Shown here one piece after another: positions 1 to 10,375 of a stretch of 60,478 nucleotides of DNA. Position 1 is the stretch's first letter. The number at the start of each line of letters is the position of its first letter. Source of the DNA: Fidelibacterota bacterium (GTDB lineage: Bacteria > Fidelibacterota > Marinisomatia > SCGC-AAA003-L08 > TS1B11); the NCBI GenBank assembly GCA_022560655.1, contig JADFSS010000007.1, positions 1 through 60,478 on the forward strand, written 5' to 3'. The notes under the pieces are model-generated. The model made no database searches, was not told the DNA's origin, and saw only the letters and a list, made by a program, of their open reading frames with translations. A program made the translations under genes and the position numbers.

Positions 1-2436
1 TAGCGCAGGGAGTTCACCGGGTCAGCCACTGAGGCCCGCAGCACCTGGTAGCTGATCGTTGCCAGGGCCACCACCAACGCGGCGATCCCGGCAACGGCGA
101 ACGAGGACGGGCTGTAGCTGATGCGATAGGCGAAGTCTTCCAGCCAGCGGCTTAGCAGCAGATAGGAGGCCGGCAGAGCCAGCCCCACCGCCACTAGCAC
201 CAGGGTAAGTATGTCGCGGGAGAGGATCACAAAGATCTGTGCTACGGTGGCCCCCAGCACCTTGCGAATCCCCACCTCTTTGGTGCGCTGCTCGGCAGCG
301 AAGGCGGCCAGACCCAGCAGGCCCAGGCTGGCGATAAAGATCGCCAGTACCGTGAACAGGGACATAATGGACTGGGTGCGGGCATCGGTTGCGTAGAGTG
401 CGTCCAGATCATCATCCAGGAACACATATTCCAGGGTCTGGTCGTCAGCGAACCCTTTCCAAATTGACTCCAGAGAGCTCAGCGTGGCGCCGATCTCCTG
501 TGGCTCCACCTTGACAGTGACGAACTTGCCAAAGTTTCGTCTCCCGCCCCAGACGCTGGCACCCATGGGGAACACCATCATGGGCCGGATATCCTGGTGT
601 AGCGTTTCAAAATGATAATCATCCATCACCCCGATGATGCGCATATCCACCCTCGGGGTGTTGCGGCCGGTAAAGACCTGCAGGTCCATCCCCACGGGGT
701 CTTCAATACCGTAGGTGCGGGCGGCGGCCTGGTTGAGGATGACGGCGTTGCTGTCGGTGCTGAAGTCCGGGTCGAAGAAGCGGCCCTTGGCCATGGTAAT
801 CCCGTAGACTTCGGCGAACTGGAAATCGACAAATGAGACATTGAGCAGACGCATCTCTCTGCCACTGTCGGTGGCGATGGCGAATACGCTGCTGCCGTAC
901 TCATCTACTCGGCCGGGGATAGCGGTAGAATTGGAGACCTGCTTGATCCGGGGGTTAGCCCGGAGCTGGTTCATAAACGCCTGTATATCCGCACCGATGT
1001 CATCGGTTTTCTCCACCACCAGCAGATCGGTTTTGTCAAAGCCAAGGGGCTTGTTCTGCATGTAGTCGAGTTGGCGCTTCACCAGCAGGGCGCCACTGAA
1101 CAGGACGATGGAGACCGTGAACTGGAAAATCACCAGCCCACTGCGGAGCTTGGAGCCCTTGCCCATGGCGGTCTTGCTGCCCCGTAGGACCTCCGCCGGA
1201 TCGAATGACGATAGGAAAAAGGCCGGGTAGCTGCCTGCCAGCAGGCCCACTACGATGGAGGCGCCCAGCAGAATAGGCAGGATGGCCAGGCTGAAGCCCA
1301 ATTGCAGCCCGACGAAATCGTTGAACCAGGGCAGGCTGAGCTTGATCAGCACCACGGCAATCATGGCGGCGATGACCGTGAACACCACGCTCTCGGCCAG
1401 GAACTGGCGCACCAGTGCCCCCTGGTGTGAGCCGAGGGTTTTGCGCACGCCGACCTCCTTGGCCCGCTTGCCCGACCTGGCCGTGGCAAGATTCATATAA
1501 TTGATGATAGCCAGTACCAGGATGAAGAGCGCGATCATCCCGAAGATGGAGATGGTGGTGGCCGAACCGTTGGCCTCAATCTCCTCATCCAGGTGTGAGT
1601 GCAGATGGATATCGGTGAGGGGCTGCAGGTGATAACCAAAGGCAGCCCCGCCCTCTTCCTGAATCTTGTCCCAGGATACTCCCATCGCCTGTTCGATCTG
1701 GGGTCCTACATACTTGGTGACCATTTCGGGGAGTTTGGCCTCGAACTCATCCGGGTCGGTGCCCTCGCGCAAGACCAGATAGGTGTAAAAATTGTGATTG
1801 ATCCACTGCTGGCTTTCGCTGCGCTCGTAACTCACCGCGGAGGCCAGGAAATCGACATGGAAGTGGTTGGTGCGGGGGAAATCCTCAATCACGCCCGTTA
1901 CCATGAAGTCCGTGTTGCGGTCGGCGTTGAGCAACTTGCCAATGGGATTCTCATCGCCGAAGTAGCGCCTGGCGGTGGATTCTGTGAGGACCACCTGGTT
2001 GGGCTTGATCAGGGCCGTTTTGGGGTCACCCAGCAGATAGCTGAGCAGGAAGATGTCCGAGAAGGTGGAATCGGCCGAGGCCCAGCGCTCTTCACTGAAG
2101 ACCTTGTCGTCATAGCGGATCACCGGAAAACCGCCGCCGCCGCTAAGCCGGGTGACCATCTCCACCTCGGGGTAGTCGGCCAGCAGGGCCGCAGCCATGG
2201 GAGCCGCGGTGATGGCCATGGAGAACTCGTTGCCGCCCAGGGCGCCCTCTACCCAGATGCGGTAAGTGCGGTCGGCATGGGGATGCTGCCGGTCAAAACT
2301 GAGCTCATCCCGCACATAGAGCAGAATGAGCGTGACCGCCGTTAAGCCCACAGCCAGGCCGAGAATATTCAGGCCCGAAAAGAGCTTGTGTTTGACCAGA
2401 TTTCGCAGGGCAATTTTTATGTCGGTATCAAACATG
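1..2436 (-). CDS. ABC transporter permease, FtsX/MacB-like (about 812 aa). The 3' end runs 1-2 codons past the window start.
   Basis: Minus-strand translation from ATG at 2436 is a continuous ~812-aa reading with two FtsX-type membrane regions and a large periplasmic domain. The last readable codons give ...DPVNSLR(Y), matching the typical ...ALRYE C-terminus of this family. The ORF track does not list it because no stop lies inside the window. It is the third gene of the HlyD/ATPase/permease operon. Confidence 0.85.
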
Positions 2437-2503
2437 ATGGAGCCTCGCTTGAGAACGAAAGTAGGTGCTGGGGGCGGCGAATCCTGATGCCGCCGGGATG
2501 AGT

Positions 2504-3199
2504 TTAGACATGGAATTTGCTGTCGCCGTTGGTCGCGCCATTGACAATGCTGCCGTCGAACAATTGAACCACGCGGTTGGCTTGATCGGCGTAGGACGGC
2601 GAGTGCGTCACCATGACAATGGTGGTGCCGTTGGCATTGAGCCCCTTGAGCAGCGCCATGACCTCTTCCCCCCGGGCCGAGTCGAGATTCCCCGTAGGCT
2701 CATCGGCTAGAATTACGTCGGGCTCGTTCACCAGCGCCCGGGCCACGGCAGCCCGCTGTTGCTGCCCCCCTGAGAGTTGTTGGGGGAGGTGGTTACGGCG
2801 GCTGAGGATGCCCATCTGCTCAAGGAGTGCCTCAGCCTTGGGCTTACGCTCTGCCGCCGACAGGCCCTGGTAGAACAGGGGCAGTTCAACATTCTCGAAG
2901 ACCGTCAGTTCGTCGATCAGGTTGAAGCTCTGGAAGATGAAGCCGATGTGTGACTTGCGGTAGTTGGCCCGCTGCCGCTCGTTGTAGCTCCCTACCTCAT
3001 CGCCCTTGAATTTGTAGCTGCCCCGAGTCGGGGTATCCAGGAGGCCCAACACATTGAGAAGGGTAGACTTACCGCAGCCGGACGGACCCATAACAGCGAC
3101 AAACTCGCCCTCTTCGATGGAGAGGTTGATGCCGTTGAGTGCGGTGGTTTCCATTTCTTCTGTGGTGAAGACCTTGTACATATCTGTAGTTTTGATCAT
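2504..3199 (-). CDS. ABC transporter ATP-binding protein (MacB/LolD-type ATPase)
   Basis: Walker [13 protein letters not shown] signature [15 protein letters not shown] and Walker [12 protein letters not shown] are all present. An AAGGA Shine-Dalgarno lies upstream of ATG 3199. Confidence 0.9.
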   Translation of the reverse strand: MIKTTDMYKVFTTEEMETTALNGINLSIEEGEFVAVMGPSGCGKSTLLNVLGLLDTPTRGSYKFKGDEVGSYNERQRANYRKSHIGFIFQSFNLIDELTVFENVELPLFYQGLSAAERKPKAEALLEQMGILSRRNHLPQQLSGGQQQRAAVARALVNEPDVILADEPTGNLDSARGEEVMALLKGLNANGTTIVMVTHSPSYADQANRVVQLFDGSIVNGATNGDSKFHV

Positions 3200-3257
3200 G
3201 GCACTTATCCTTTGTTTATCGTCCTACTGAGAAAGGTTCGTGGTTGCGGCAGCCGGC

Positions 3258-4511
3258 CTAGTCGTCCAGCACCACCCGGTCAAAATCGCCAATATGGTCG
3301 TATGAGGAGGTGATGACCCGATCGCCGGGCTGGAGACCCGCCAGCACTTCGTATTCGTCCTGGTTCTGGCGGCCCAGCCTGATTTGTTGTTTGGTGGCCA
3401 CATTCCCACCCGGTTCCAGTTTGTAGACCCACTGGCCGCCGGTTGTGTTGAAAAAACCGCCCCTGGCCATGAGCACGGCATCGGAGAGCTCACCCAGGGC
3501 TAGCCTGATTCGCAGGGTCTGTCCACGGCGGATGCCAGCGGGAATCTCCCCATCGAAGTGCATATCGACCTCGAACTGGCCATTGACAACCTCGGGGTAG
3601 ATCTTAGCCAATACCATGGAATACTCGCGGTTGCCCAGATTGAAGGTGCCCCGCTGGCCCGGCAGCACCCGGGTAATGTAGTGCTCGTCGATGGCCAGGC
3701 TGGCCTTGAAGCCATCCAGGATGTCGATCTGGCCCAGCCGTTCACCCCGCACCTTGGACTCCCCCACCTCCGCCGATAGCGACGTGAGATGCCCCGATAC
3801 TGGCGCCCGCACCAACAGGTTATCCTGGTTGAGTTTCACCAGCTCGAGATTATTTTCCATGCGTGCCAGTGATGCCTCGAGCTGATCGATCTGCGTGGCG
3901 CGAAATATGGAATCCTGCCGGTGGCTCTGGAGGGTCAGGTCCCTGCGCTTGAGAAGGTAGCGGTATTCATCGTTGGATTCATCGAACTCCCGGGTAGAGA
4001 CCAGGCTTTTCTCCAGCAACTGCCGGTTGCGCTCGTTCACCCTGGTTATGCGGGTGATCTTATAATTGAGTTCCAGCAGCTCTGACTGCAGGGCCAGGCG
4101 ATTCTGCTCCATGGCCAGCTGGGTATTGCGCAGGTTGTTGCTCTGCTGGTAGAGCTCGGCCTCCCGGTACATGATATCCAGCAGCAAGTTGGTATTGGAG
4201 AGCTGCAAAATGGGGTCGCCCTCGTTCACATAACTGCCGGCCTCTAGGAAGCGCTTCTCGACTCGCCCCCCTTCAACGGCATCGAGATAAATGGTGCGAA
4301 TGGGAACAACGGGGCCGGTCACGGGAATGAATTCCTGGAATTGCCCCTGATGTACGGTGGTGACGGTGAGCCGACTGCCCGACAGATTAACACTGCTGCC
4401 CCGGTCGCTCCCAACAAGGCCGAAACCGACGGAGACAATAAGCACACCCCCTGCGCCCATCCAGAGCAGGCGCTTGAGCGACCACCTTTTCTTTTCCAGG
4501 ATTTTATCCAT
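3258..4511 (-). CDS. HlyD-family efflux periplasmic adaptor (membrane fusion protein)
   Basis: 417 aa with an N-terminal transmembrane anchor, a long coiled-coil section (LELVKLNQD..., LQSELLELNYK...) and a beta-barrel C-terminus. It is the first gene of the operon with the ATPase and permease. Confidence 0.8.
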   Translation of the reverse strand: MDKILEKKRWSLKRLLWMGAGGVLIVSVGFGLVGSDRGSSVNLSGSRLTVTTVHQGQFQEFIPVTGPVVPIRTIYLDAVEGGRVEKRFLEAGSYVNEGDPILQLSNTNLLLDIMYREAELYQQSNNLRNTQLAMEQNRLALQSELLELNYKITRITRVNERNRQLLEKSLVSTREFDESNDEYRYLLKRRDLTLQSHRQDSIFRATQIDQLEASLARMENNLELVKLNQDNLLVRAPVSGHLTSLSAEVGESKVRGERLGQIDILDGFKASLAIDEHYITRVLPGQRGTFNLGNREYSMVLAKIYPEVVNGQFEVDMHFDGEIPAGIRRGQTLRIRLALGELSDAVLMARGGFFNTTGGQWVYKLEPGGNVATKQQIRLGRQNQDEYEVLAGLQPGDRVITSSYDHIGDFDRVVLDD

Positions 4512-5086
4512 GGCTGCACTACCGGATAGACTGCCTCTGGCAGAACAATGTTGCCAAGATATTTGCGGTTTTTCCTATGGGCTGAAAACCGCCGATTCGG
4601 GCGGGTGGAACTGAGCCGGGTGTCAGGCGCTGCCGAATTGCCTGCTGAACATGGGCGCCAAATGGGCGCGCGACCGGGATTTGAGCATCGAGGACTAAGC
4701 GCCTGATCTCAGCCGCCTCACGGCCCCGTTCTCACGACGGCAACCCCATACGACCGGCTGCTTGCCCAGTGGCTGGACAGCCCCGTGCCGCCCACCAGTG
4801 CATCAATCACCACCATTGAATCTCCCCTGGCATGCTTCTATGTTCGGCCATGAGGCCGCTATCCTTAGTTCCATAACTGGCGGCCTTCGGACTCGCAAAT
4901 CTCATGTCACGATCGAGACAAAAAAAGAATAAGCGAAAATCCAAGCGCTTAGCCTGTGCATTTATTTTGGATTAATCAGAAACGAGAATTAGATTTTGTC
5001 AACTGTAGGGTCTTTTCAGTAGGTCTGGGAGGTGAGAATATCCCTGTATTCGCTATACATAGAGTTCAGACACTGAGGAGCGTTCG

Positions 5087-5554
5087 GTGGCGGTTGATAT
5101 ACTAACAGAAATCACAATTGATCGTCCTCATCCAGAGGTCGCCGATTTTGTCGCAAATCCAGACAATGCCCCGAAGTGGTACGTCAACATCAAGTCGGTC
5201 GAGTGGGTGACCTCGCCGCCGCTGAATATCGGCTCCAAAATAGCATTTGTTGCTCACTTCCTGGGCCGACGCGTGGCGTACACCTATGAGGTGGTGGAAT
5301 TCGTGCCCGGAGAGCGCATGGTCATGCGCACCTCGGATGGGCCATTTCCCATGGAGACAACATATACGTGGGTTCCAGCGTCCGAAGACGCCACTCACAT
5401 GACTCTCCGCAATCGCGGTAATCCCTCAGGCTTCTCCCGCTTATCGGCCCCTCTCATGGCCTCCGCCATGCGCCGAGCCAACCGCAAGGACCTCTCACGC
5501 CTGAAGCAGCTCCTTGAACAACTGGCAGCTTCGTCATCATTTCGTTCGGAATGA
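5087..5554 (+). CDS. SRPBCC-family (polyketide cyclase/START-like) small protein
   Basis: 155-aa ORF starting at GTG, with an SRPBCC-like hydrophobic ligand-binding fold pattern. It sits in a lower-GC stretch after a 570-bp non-coding region. The family call is from weak pattern recognition. Confidence 0.5.
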   Translation: MAVDILTEITIDRPHPEVADFVANPDNAPKWYVNIKSVEWVTSPPLNIGSKIAFVAHFLGRRVAYTYEVVEFVPGERMVMRTSDGPFPMETTYTWVPASEDATHMTLRNRGNPSGFSRLSAPLMASAMRRANRKDLSRLKQLLEQLAASSSFRSE

Positions 5555-5573
5555 TACCCGGCTGCGCGCTCAA

Positions 5574-5594
5574 CGCCACCACTTAAGGGTGGCG
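5574..5594. terminator. 7-bp GC-rich hairpin (CGCCACC-acttaag-GGTGGCG) between the SRPBCC gene and the tRNA. No U-tract follows.
   Basis: Perfect inverted repeat seen in the sequence 20 nt after the stop at 5554. It also lies about 35 nt 3' of the minus-strand tRNA. Confidence 0.3.
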
Positions 5595-5630
5595 CGATGG
5601 CTCAAGCCCTTCGTCTGAGGGGCTTGATCG

Positions 5631-5704
5631 TACCCCGGATCGGATTCGAACCGATGACCTACGGCTTAGAAGGCCGTTGCTCTATCCAGCTGAGCTACCG
5701 GGGC
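5631..5704 (-). tRNA. tRNA-Arg (anticodon TCT), 74 nt, no encoded CCA
   Basis: The reverse complement folds as GCCCCGG-TA-GCTC/AGCTGGATA/GAGC-A-ACGGC/CTTCTAA/GCCGT-AGGTC-ATCGG/TTCGAAT/CCGAT-CCGGGGT-A. This is a canonical cloverleaf with a GGTTCGAATCC T-loop and a TCT anticodon. Confidence 0.85.
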
Positions 5705-5839
5705 TGGAATGCCGGCAGGGGAACAGCCACTGCCCGCCGCGGAAGCTAAGGCCCTGCACCCCATTGGGCTACGGGAAAAAAGGGTTTCACCAGGACACGC
5801 CGCTTAATAGATTCGGGCTGTTTTAGGTCTAATCCCGAC

Positions 5840-7768
5840 GTGAACAGAAATATGCAAAAACCCCTCGCTGCAGCCAGGTGGCGCCATGAGCCCACGCCGC
5901 GGCCTCCTGTGCATACCGGGTTGGCATGGCTCTGCTGGCTGACGCTGGTCTCCCTGCCCGCCGTTGCGGCCCCTCAGGCGGTGGCCCAGGTGGGCAGCGA
6001 CAGCATCACCGTTGACCAGTTCGCCCGCCGGTATCAGTCCCATCTCGGCCAGAGCGTACAGCCCGACGCTTTCGCCCACCGGCTCTCCTTCGCCCGCTCG
6101 CTGGCCGAGGAGTCAGCGCTGCGGCAATACGCCCGCGATACGGGGCTGGATACCAGCCCGACCGTGATCCGTGCCGGTGACAGGGCCTGGCGCACCGCCC
6201 TGCTGGAGGAGCTGGCTGAGACCGTCTACATGGATGAGGTTGTAATGCCGCATGAAGAGATTCAGGCGGAGTACCGCTACCGCAGCACTGCCCTGCTGAG
6301 CCGCTTCCTGACCCTGCCGGACAGACATACCGCCGGAGATTTCCGCCAGCGGCTCGCAGCGGGCGTGCCTTTCGAGTCCCTGGCTCTGCAAGCCTTCAGG
6401 CCCAGTGGACTGCTGGACCGGCCCGGGCAGCCCGGTTGGCGCTACCCCCATGAGTTGGATAGCCTCTACGCCCGCCGCGCTTATGCACTGGCGCCCGGCC
6501 AGGTGTCAGCACCGTTCGGCTCTGAACAGGGCTTCACCGTCATTCAACTTCTGGATAGGGATTTTCGCCCCACACACGGCCACTTCGACAGGGTCAAGCA
6601 CCTGCAAAGCATCGCCCTTGATCTGCTACAGTCTCAGCTGGCCCCGGCTGCGCAGCAACTCCTCCAAAAGTGGGCGGACGACCAGCGCATCCGGTGGCGG
6701 CGGTTGGCCATGCGCAAGGCGCTACGCTCCGGCTTGTTCAACGGCCCGCCGGCAACTTGGGCCGACCATCCGCAGGCGGCCACCCTAGTGGACGAAACGC
6801 TGTTCATACTGGAGGGCAGGCCGCACACGGTGGAGTGGCTCCTTTCAGCCCTGGAACTGCTGCCCCCGGACAGCGGCACGGGGGTCTTCAGCATCGTAGA
6901 TCTGCGAGCACTCATCAACGAGCTGCTAATGTGGGAAAGGATGATGGTGCAGGTTGAGTCGCTGCCCGGTGCGGAGGCCTTCCTGTCCGAAGCCGCCAGA
7001 ATCGACCAGACGGCCAGCCAACAGGCGCTGTGGGACACCATCCAAGCCCGAATTCTCGGTGTAGCCGACGTGCCAGACGATTCCCTGCGGCAGCTGCTGG
7101 CCGTGGACTTCGAGCGCTATGCCAGCCCGCCAATGGTGGAACTTAGCGAGATTGTCGTAGCAGATTCCGGGTTGGCTGCTGCCATCGCCGATTCGCTCAG
7201 CCACGGTGGGACGGGGGCCTTCGATTCGCTGGCCCGGCGTTATACCCTGCGGGAGTGGGCCCGGCCTGCAGGTGGCAAGCTGGGCTGGGTTCCGCTGTCA
7301 CTCTACGGCGGGGCTGCACCTACACTTATCCAGGCGCTGGAGGCCCCGGCGGACACAATCGTCGGCCCTCTGTGGGTCGACGGCTACTACGTGCTGGCCC
7401 AGCCTTCTGGCCATCGCCAACCGACCCTTCCGCCCTGGCCGATGCTCCGGCCACTGTTGCGGCAGCGCTGGCTTGAGGCCAATGGGCCGCGGCTGCTCCG
7501 CGAGCGCTGGGCGCACTTGTATGCTGCCACCTACCCTATTGCCATCGACACTGCTCTGGTGGCCCTACTGGAACTCAGTCTTGATGGGCGCCTGGTTTTG
7601 CCCGCACCTCTGGCACTTCCACTGGCAGCCGACGACTCAACTGCCGTCATCTACGAACCAGAACTTCTAGCGCTTCCAGCCGACTCACTGGCGCTTCGGA
7701 GCCTGTTGACGACCGATCATCAGGCGGCCGATTCCACGCTGGGCGACCAGCCCGCCGCCAGCCCGTAG
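5840..7768 (+). CDS. Periplasmic peptidyl-prolyl cis-trans isomerase, SurA/PpiC (parvulin) family
   Basis: 642 aa with an N-terminal hydrophobic signal/anchor (LAWLCWLTLVSLPAVAAPQA). Parvulin-like segments are recognisable (SAPFGSEQGFTVIQL..., GKLGWVPLSLYGG...PLWVDGYYVLAQP). The true start may be ATG 5852 rather than GTG 5840. Confidence 0.65.
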   Translation: MNRNMQKPLAAARWRHEPTPRPPVHTGLAWLCWLTLVSLPAVAAPQAVAQVGSDSITVDQFARRYQSHLGQSVQPDAFAHRLSFARSLAEESALRQYARDTGLDTSPTVIRAGDRAWRTALLEELAETVYMDEVVMPHEEIQAEYRYRSTALLSRFLTLPDRHTAGDFRQRLAAGVPFESLALQAFRPSGLLDRPGQPGWRYPHELDSLYARRAYALAPGQVSAPFGSEQGFTVIQLLDRDFRPTHGHFDRVKHLQSIALDLLQSQLAPAAQQLLQKWADDQRIRWRRLAMRKALRSGLFNGPPATWADHPQAATLVDETLFILEGRPHTVEWLLSALELLPPDSGTGVFSIVDLRALINELLMWERMMVQVESLPGAEAFLSEAARIDQTASQQALWDTIQARILGVADVPDDSLRQLLAVDFERYASPPMVELSEIVVADSGLAAAIADSLSHGGTGAFDSLARRYTLREWARPAGGKLGWVPLSLYGGAAPTLIQALEAPADTIVGPLWVDGYYVLAQPSGHRQPTLPPWPMLRPLLRQRWLEANGPRLLRERWAHLYAATYPIAIDTALVALLELSLDGRLVLPAPLALPLAADDSTAVIYEPELLALPADSLALRSLLTTDHQAADSTLGDQPAASP

Positions 7769-7793
7769 CGGGCCGGGTCCACGTCAACTCGCC

Positions 7794-8966
7794 TCAGTCT
7801 GGCTGGGTCTGCTTGATATTGAGCGAAACGCCCTGCCGAGCCAGGTCGTGCAGCACCCGCTGGTAGACCCCCTTGTCGGCGCCCAGGTATTCCAGCGGCC
7901 GGATGCCGGGGTCGGCGTAGTCTCCGGCCAGCAGCACGCGGGCCACTGCCGCGCAGGTGTAGCCCGTCGTGGCGGCCATGGCCGTGGTTTCAGTCAGGGG
8001 ATCGTAGGCGCGATAGAGGTCCACCGTAGTAACGAGGAGGCGGCCACGGAGCTGGCCCGTGAGCTCCACCCGCATCACCACCAGATCGTGCCCCTCGTCG
8101 CCTGGTCCCGGTCGCCAAGACTCAAACAACAGACGTGATGATACCTCAATGGGGGCTACGGCGTGGCCGTCCACGTCCAGTGGCTCGCGGCTGAAAAAGC
8201 CGGTGTCACGGAGCATCCGCATGCGCTCGGCGTGACCCGGATACCGCAGGGTCTTCTCCAGCATATCGGGCACCGGGACGGTAGATAACAGCGTGCGCAG
8301 CCCATCGGTGTTGAACGCCTCCAGGCTGCCTACATGGGGAAGGATTACCTGCTCAATGTCGGAGAGGGCTTCCCGCTGTACCACGCGGCCGCCCACTTTC
8401 AGGCGCACCGGACGGGTATACTCTTCGATGACGTCGATGGGCGAAAAGACCGACAGGTACTCAAACGGCCAGCGGCGCACCTTCGGCAGCCCGCCCACGT
8501 AGCACACGAAGCGCTCAAGTGGGTCGTACTCCTGCTGGTAGCGGCCCAGAACAAGATTGCTCAGTCCAGGCGCAAGCCCGGCATCCACAACTGCGGTAAC
8601 GCCGTGCTCCACCGCCAGATCGTCTAGGGTCAGCGGATCCTCAGGCGTGAAGGAGATGTCCACTACGTTCCGCCCGGCCCTGATAACCGTTTCCAGCATG
8701 CGGTAACCCAGGGAGCCCGGTACGGCGCCGACCACCACGTCCGCCGCCTGCACGGCACGGGTCAGTGCCTCAGCATCAGTGATGTCCAGTTCGCTGGTGG
8801 TCAGGCCGTAATTTTTGGTCAGGGCGGCTCTCACCTGGGGATTGGCGTCCGCGACCACCACATCCACGGCCTCGTTTCCGTCATTGGCGTCTCCGAAAGG
8901 TGCGGCCAGATTGCGGGCGATGACGCCGCCCACCAAACCGCCGCCCAGGACCAGTACCTGTTTCAT
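7794..8966 (-). CDS. Saccharopine dehydrogenase family NAD(P)-binding protein (Lys1/carboxynorspermidine-dehydrogenase-like)
   Basis: Begins with the Rossmann motif MKQVLVLGGGLVGGVIARNL. GGTGAGGA lies upstream of ATG 8966. The tracked ORF reaching 9068 is an unsupported N-terminal extension. Confidence 0.8.
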   Translation of the reverse strand: MKQVLVLGGGLVGGVIARNLAAPFGDANDGNEAVDVVVADANPQVRAALTKNYGLTTSELDITDAEALTRAVQAADVVVGAVPGSLGYRMLETVIRAGRNVVDISFTPEDPLTLDDLAVEHGVTAVVDAGLAPGLSNLVLGRYQQEYDPLERFVCYVGGLPKVRRWPFEYLSVFSPIDVIEEYTRPVRLKVGGRVVQREALSDIEQVILPHVGSLEAFNTDGLRTLLSTVPVPDMLEKTLRYPGHAERMRMLRDTGFFSREPLDVDGHAVAPIEVSSRLLFESWRPGPGDEGHDLVVMRVELTGQLRGRLLVTTVDLYRAYDPLTETTAMAATTGYTCAAVARVLLAGDYADPGIRPLEYLGADKGVYQRVLHDLARQGVSLNIKQTQPD

Positions 8967-8988
8967 GGGTTGATCCTCACCTTGTAGC

Positions 8989-9344
8989 TCAAGACCACCT
9001 CCTGGCCGGCGGCCACCGGCCCACATATTTGGCCAGCAAGGTGTTGGGGGTGAGCAGGTCGAAGACATAATTCTGCTCCAGCACCGACCACTGGCGCTCG
9101 GAGGATCGGCTCACCGGCATCACCGTCGCGGGCTGAATTTTGGCGGCCACGTCATCCAGTAGTACCTCCGTCAGCCCCCTTGCTGGAGGGTGAAGCTGCG
9201 CGTGTCCTTCACCAGCCCGATGTTGGCCTGATAGATGGTCACTTCCAGGCCGGTGCGGGCACTCGCGCCAATAGTGAGACGGGGCTGGGCCGCAAGAGGG
9301 ATGACCGTGAAAGCCACGACAACCCACATCCTTATATGCTTCAT
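8989..9344 (-). pseudogene. Frameshifted gene for a small secreted protein; possible N-terminal fragment of a larger protein
   Basis: ATG at 9344 gives MKHIRMWVVVAFTVIPLAAQP..., a signal peptide, and this frame stops at 9171-9173. The reading continues in another frame (LTEVLLDDVAAK...VLEQNYVFDLL...) to 8989 with high GC3. The frame break is at a C5/G5 homopolymer at 9175-9179. Confidence 0.35.
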
Positions 9345-9436
9345 CAAGCGCTCCCAATCCTTTACTCAAGTGTAGTGGCCCCCGCTCTGGCCCGCAAGGA
9401 TTTCTTGCGTAGCGGCCAGGGGGTTAACTTCCCGGC

Positions 9437-9640
9437 ATGGGCCAGCTCTGGGGACTCGATCTGCACGACAAGGCTACCGGCGCGTACGCCGCCACGCTCC
9501 AGTCACCCAGCCGGGACGAACTGGCGGCCCAGGCCGGCCGGGACCTGCCCCATCCCGAAACCGGTGAGCCCTGCCGGGCCGGGGACGAGCCCTACCTCAT
9601 CGCCGAGGAGGGCTCAAGCCCAACCAGCCAGTGGGAGTAG
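9437..9640 (+). CDS. Hypothetical small protein (67 aa)
   Basis: ATG-initiated ORF with very high GC3, ending 5 nt before the TrmH-like gene. No recognisable domain. Confidence 0.3.
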   Translation: MGQLWGLDLHDKATGAYAATLQSPSRDELAAQAGRDLPHPETGEPCRAGDEPYLIAEEGSSPTSQWE

Positions 9641-9645
9641 ACGCC

Positions 9646-10206
9646 ATGGCTGCTTCCCGCCGCAAACTGACCGACTTGGAGCTGAAAGCCGCCCGCCCCC
9701 GCCTTGACGAAGTGCGCAGCCAGCCTCGCCTCCCCGTCTACGCCCTGCTGGAGGATGTGCGCTCACTCTACAACGTGGGCAGCATGTTCCGCACAGCCGA
9801 CGCGCTGCACCTGGCCGGACTTTACCTCTGTGGCTACACCGGCTTTCCGCCGCGCCGTGAGATCACCAAGACCGCACTGGGGGCCGAGCACACCGTCCCG
9901 TGGGAAAAGCACGCCGACGCCGCTACGCTGGCCCGCAGCCTCCAGGCACGAGGTATGCAGCTGCTGGTGCTGGAGCAGACTGATGACGCAGTGGACTTCT
10001 GGGAGGCGCCGGTGCGCTTCCCGGCCTGCTTCGTGGTTGGCAACGAGGTCACCGGCATCTCCCAAGAATTGGTGGAGCAGGCCGACCTCTGCCTGCAGCT
10101 CCCTATGGCGGGGGTGAAGCAGTCGCTGAACGTGGCCACCGCCTTTGGCGTGCTGGGCTACGAACTGGCGAGAAGGTGGAATCTGGATAAGACGTCCGAT
10201 CAATAG
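9646..10206 (+). CDS. TrmH/SpoU-family RNA 2'-O-methyltransferase
   Basis: SpoU motifs NVGSMFRTADALHLAGLYL and ...FVVGNEVTGIS...LPMAGVKQSLNVATAFGVLGYE. Start chosen at ATG 9646, which is in frame with the tracked 9631 GTG. Confidence 0.8.
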   Translation: MAASRRKLTDLELKAARPRLDEVRSQPRLPVYALLEDVRSLYNVGSMFRTADALHLAGLYLCGYTGFPPRREITKTALGAEHTVPWEKHADAATLARSLQARGMQLLVLEQTDDAVDFWEAPVRFPACFVVGNEVTGISQELVEQADLCLQLPMAGVKQSLNVATAFGVLGYELARRWNLDKTSDQ

Positions 10207-10342
10207 TCGGGGCATAGGGCACATTACGGGCCAATCGCTTACTCGATCATGTTCTAACAGTGCTGGTGCCAAAACACTCGCAAGAGATAGTAGCGTTACT
10301 TATCTGTTTAGTGGTAATGCAACATATGTGCGTATTATCTAT

Positions 10343-10371
10343 TGACAGCACTGTTTTTTAGGCGTACTTTT
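10343..10371 (+). promoter_or_regulatory. Sigma70-like promoter candidate (TTGACA-N17-TACTTT) immediately upstream of islet gene 1; implies a leaderless or very short-leader transcript
   Basis: TTGACA at 10343-10348 and TACTTT at 10366-10371, with ATG at 10376 only 5 nt downstream. Confidence 0.3.
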
Positions 10372-10375
10372 AACC

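Noticed and set aside
4512-5704. tRNA-Arg with an adjacent 570-bp AT-richer non-coding stretch, as a possible integration hotspot
   Set aside because: No integrase, no direct repeat of the tRNA 3' end and no cargo genes. The region is more likely a divergent promoter and 5' UTR for the efflux operon and the SRPBCC gene.
8967-9068. N-terminal extension of the saccharopine dehydrogenase ORF (tracked start 9068)
   Set aside because: The Rossmann motif begins right at ATG 8966, which has a good Shine-Dalgarno. The extension overlaps the tail of the upstream secreted-protein frame.
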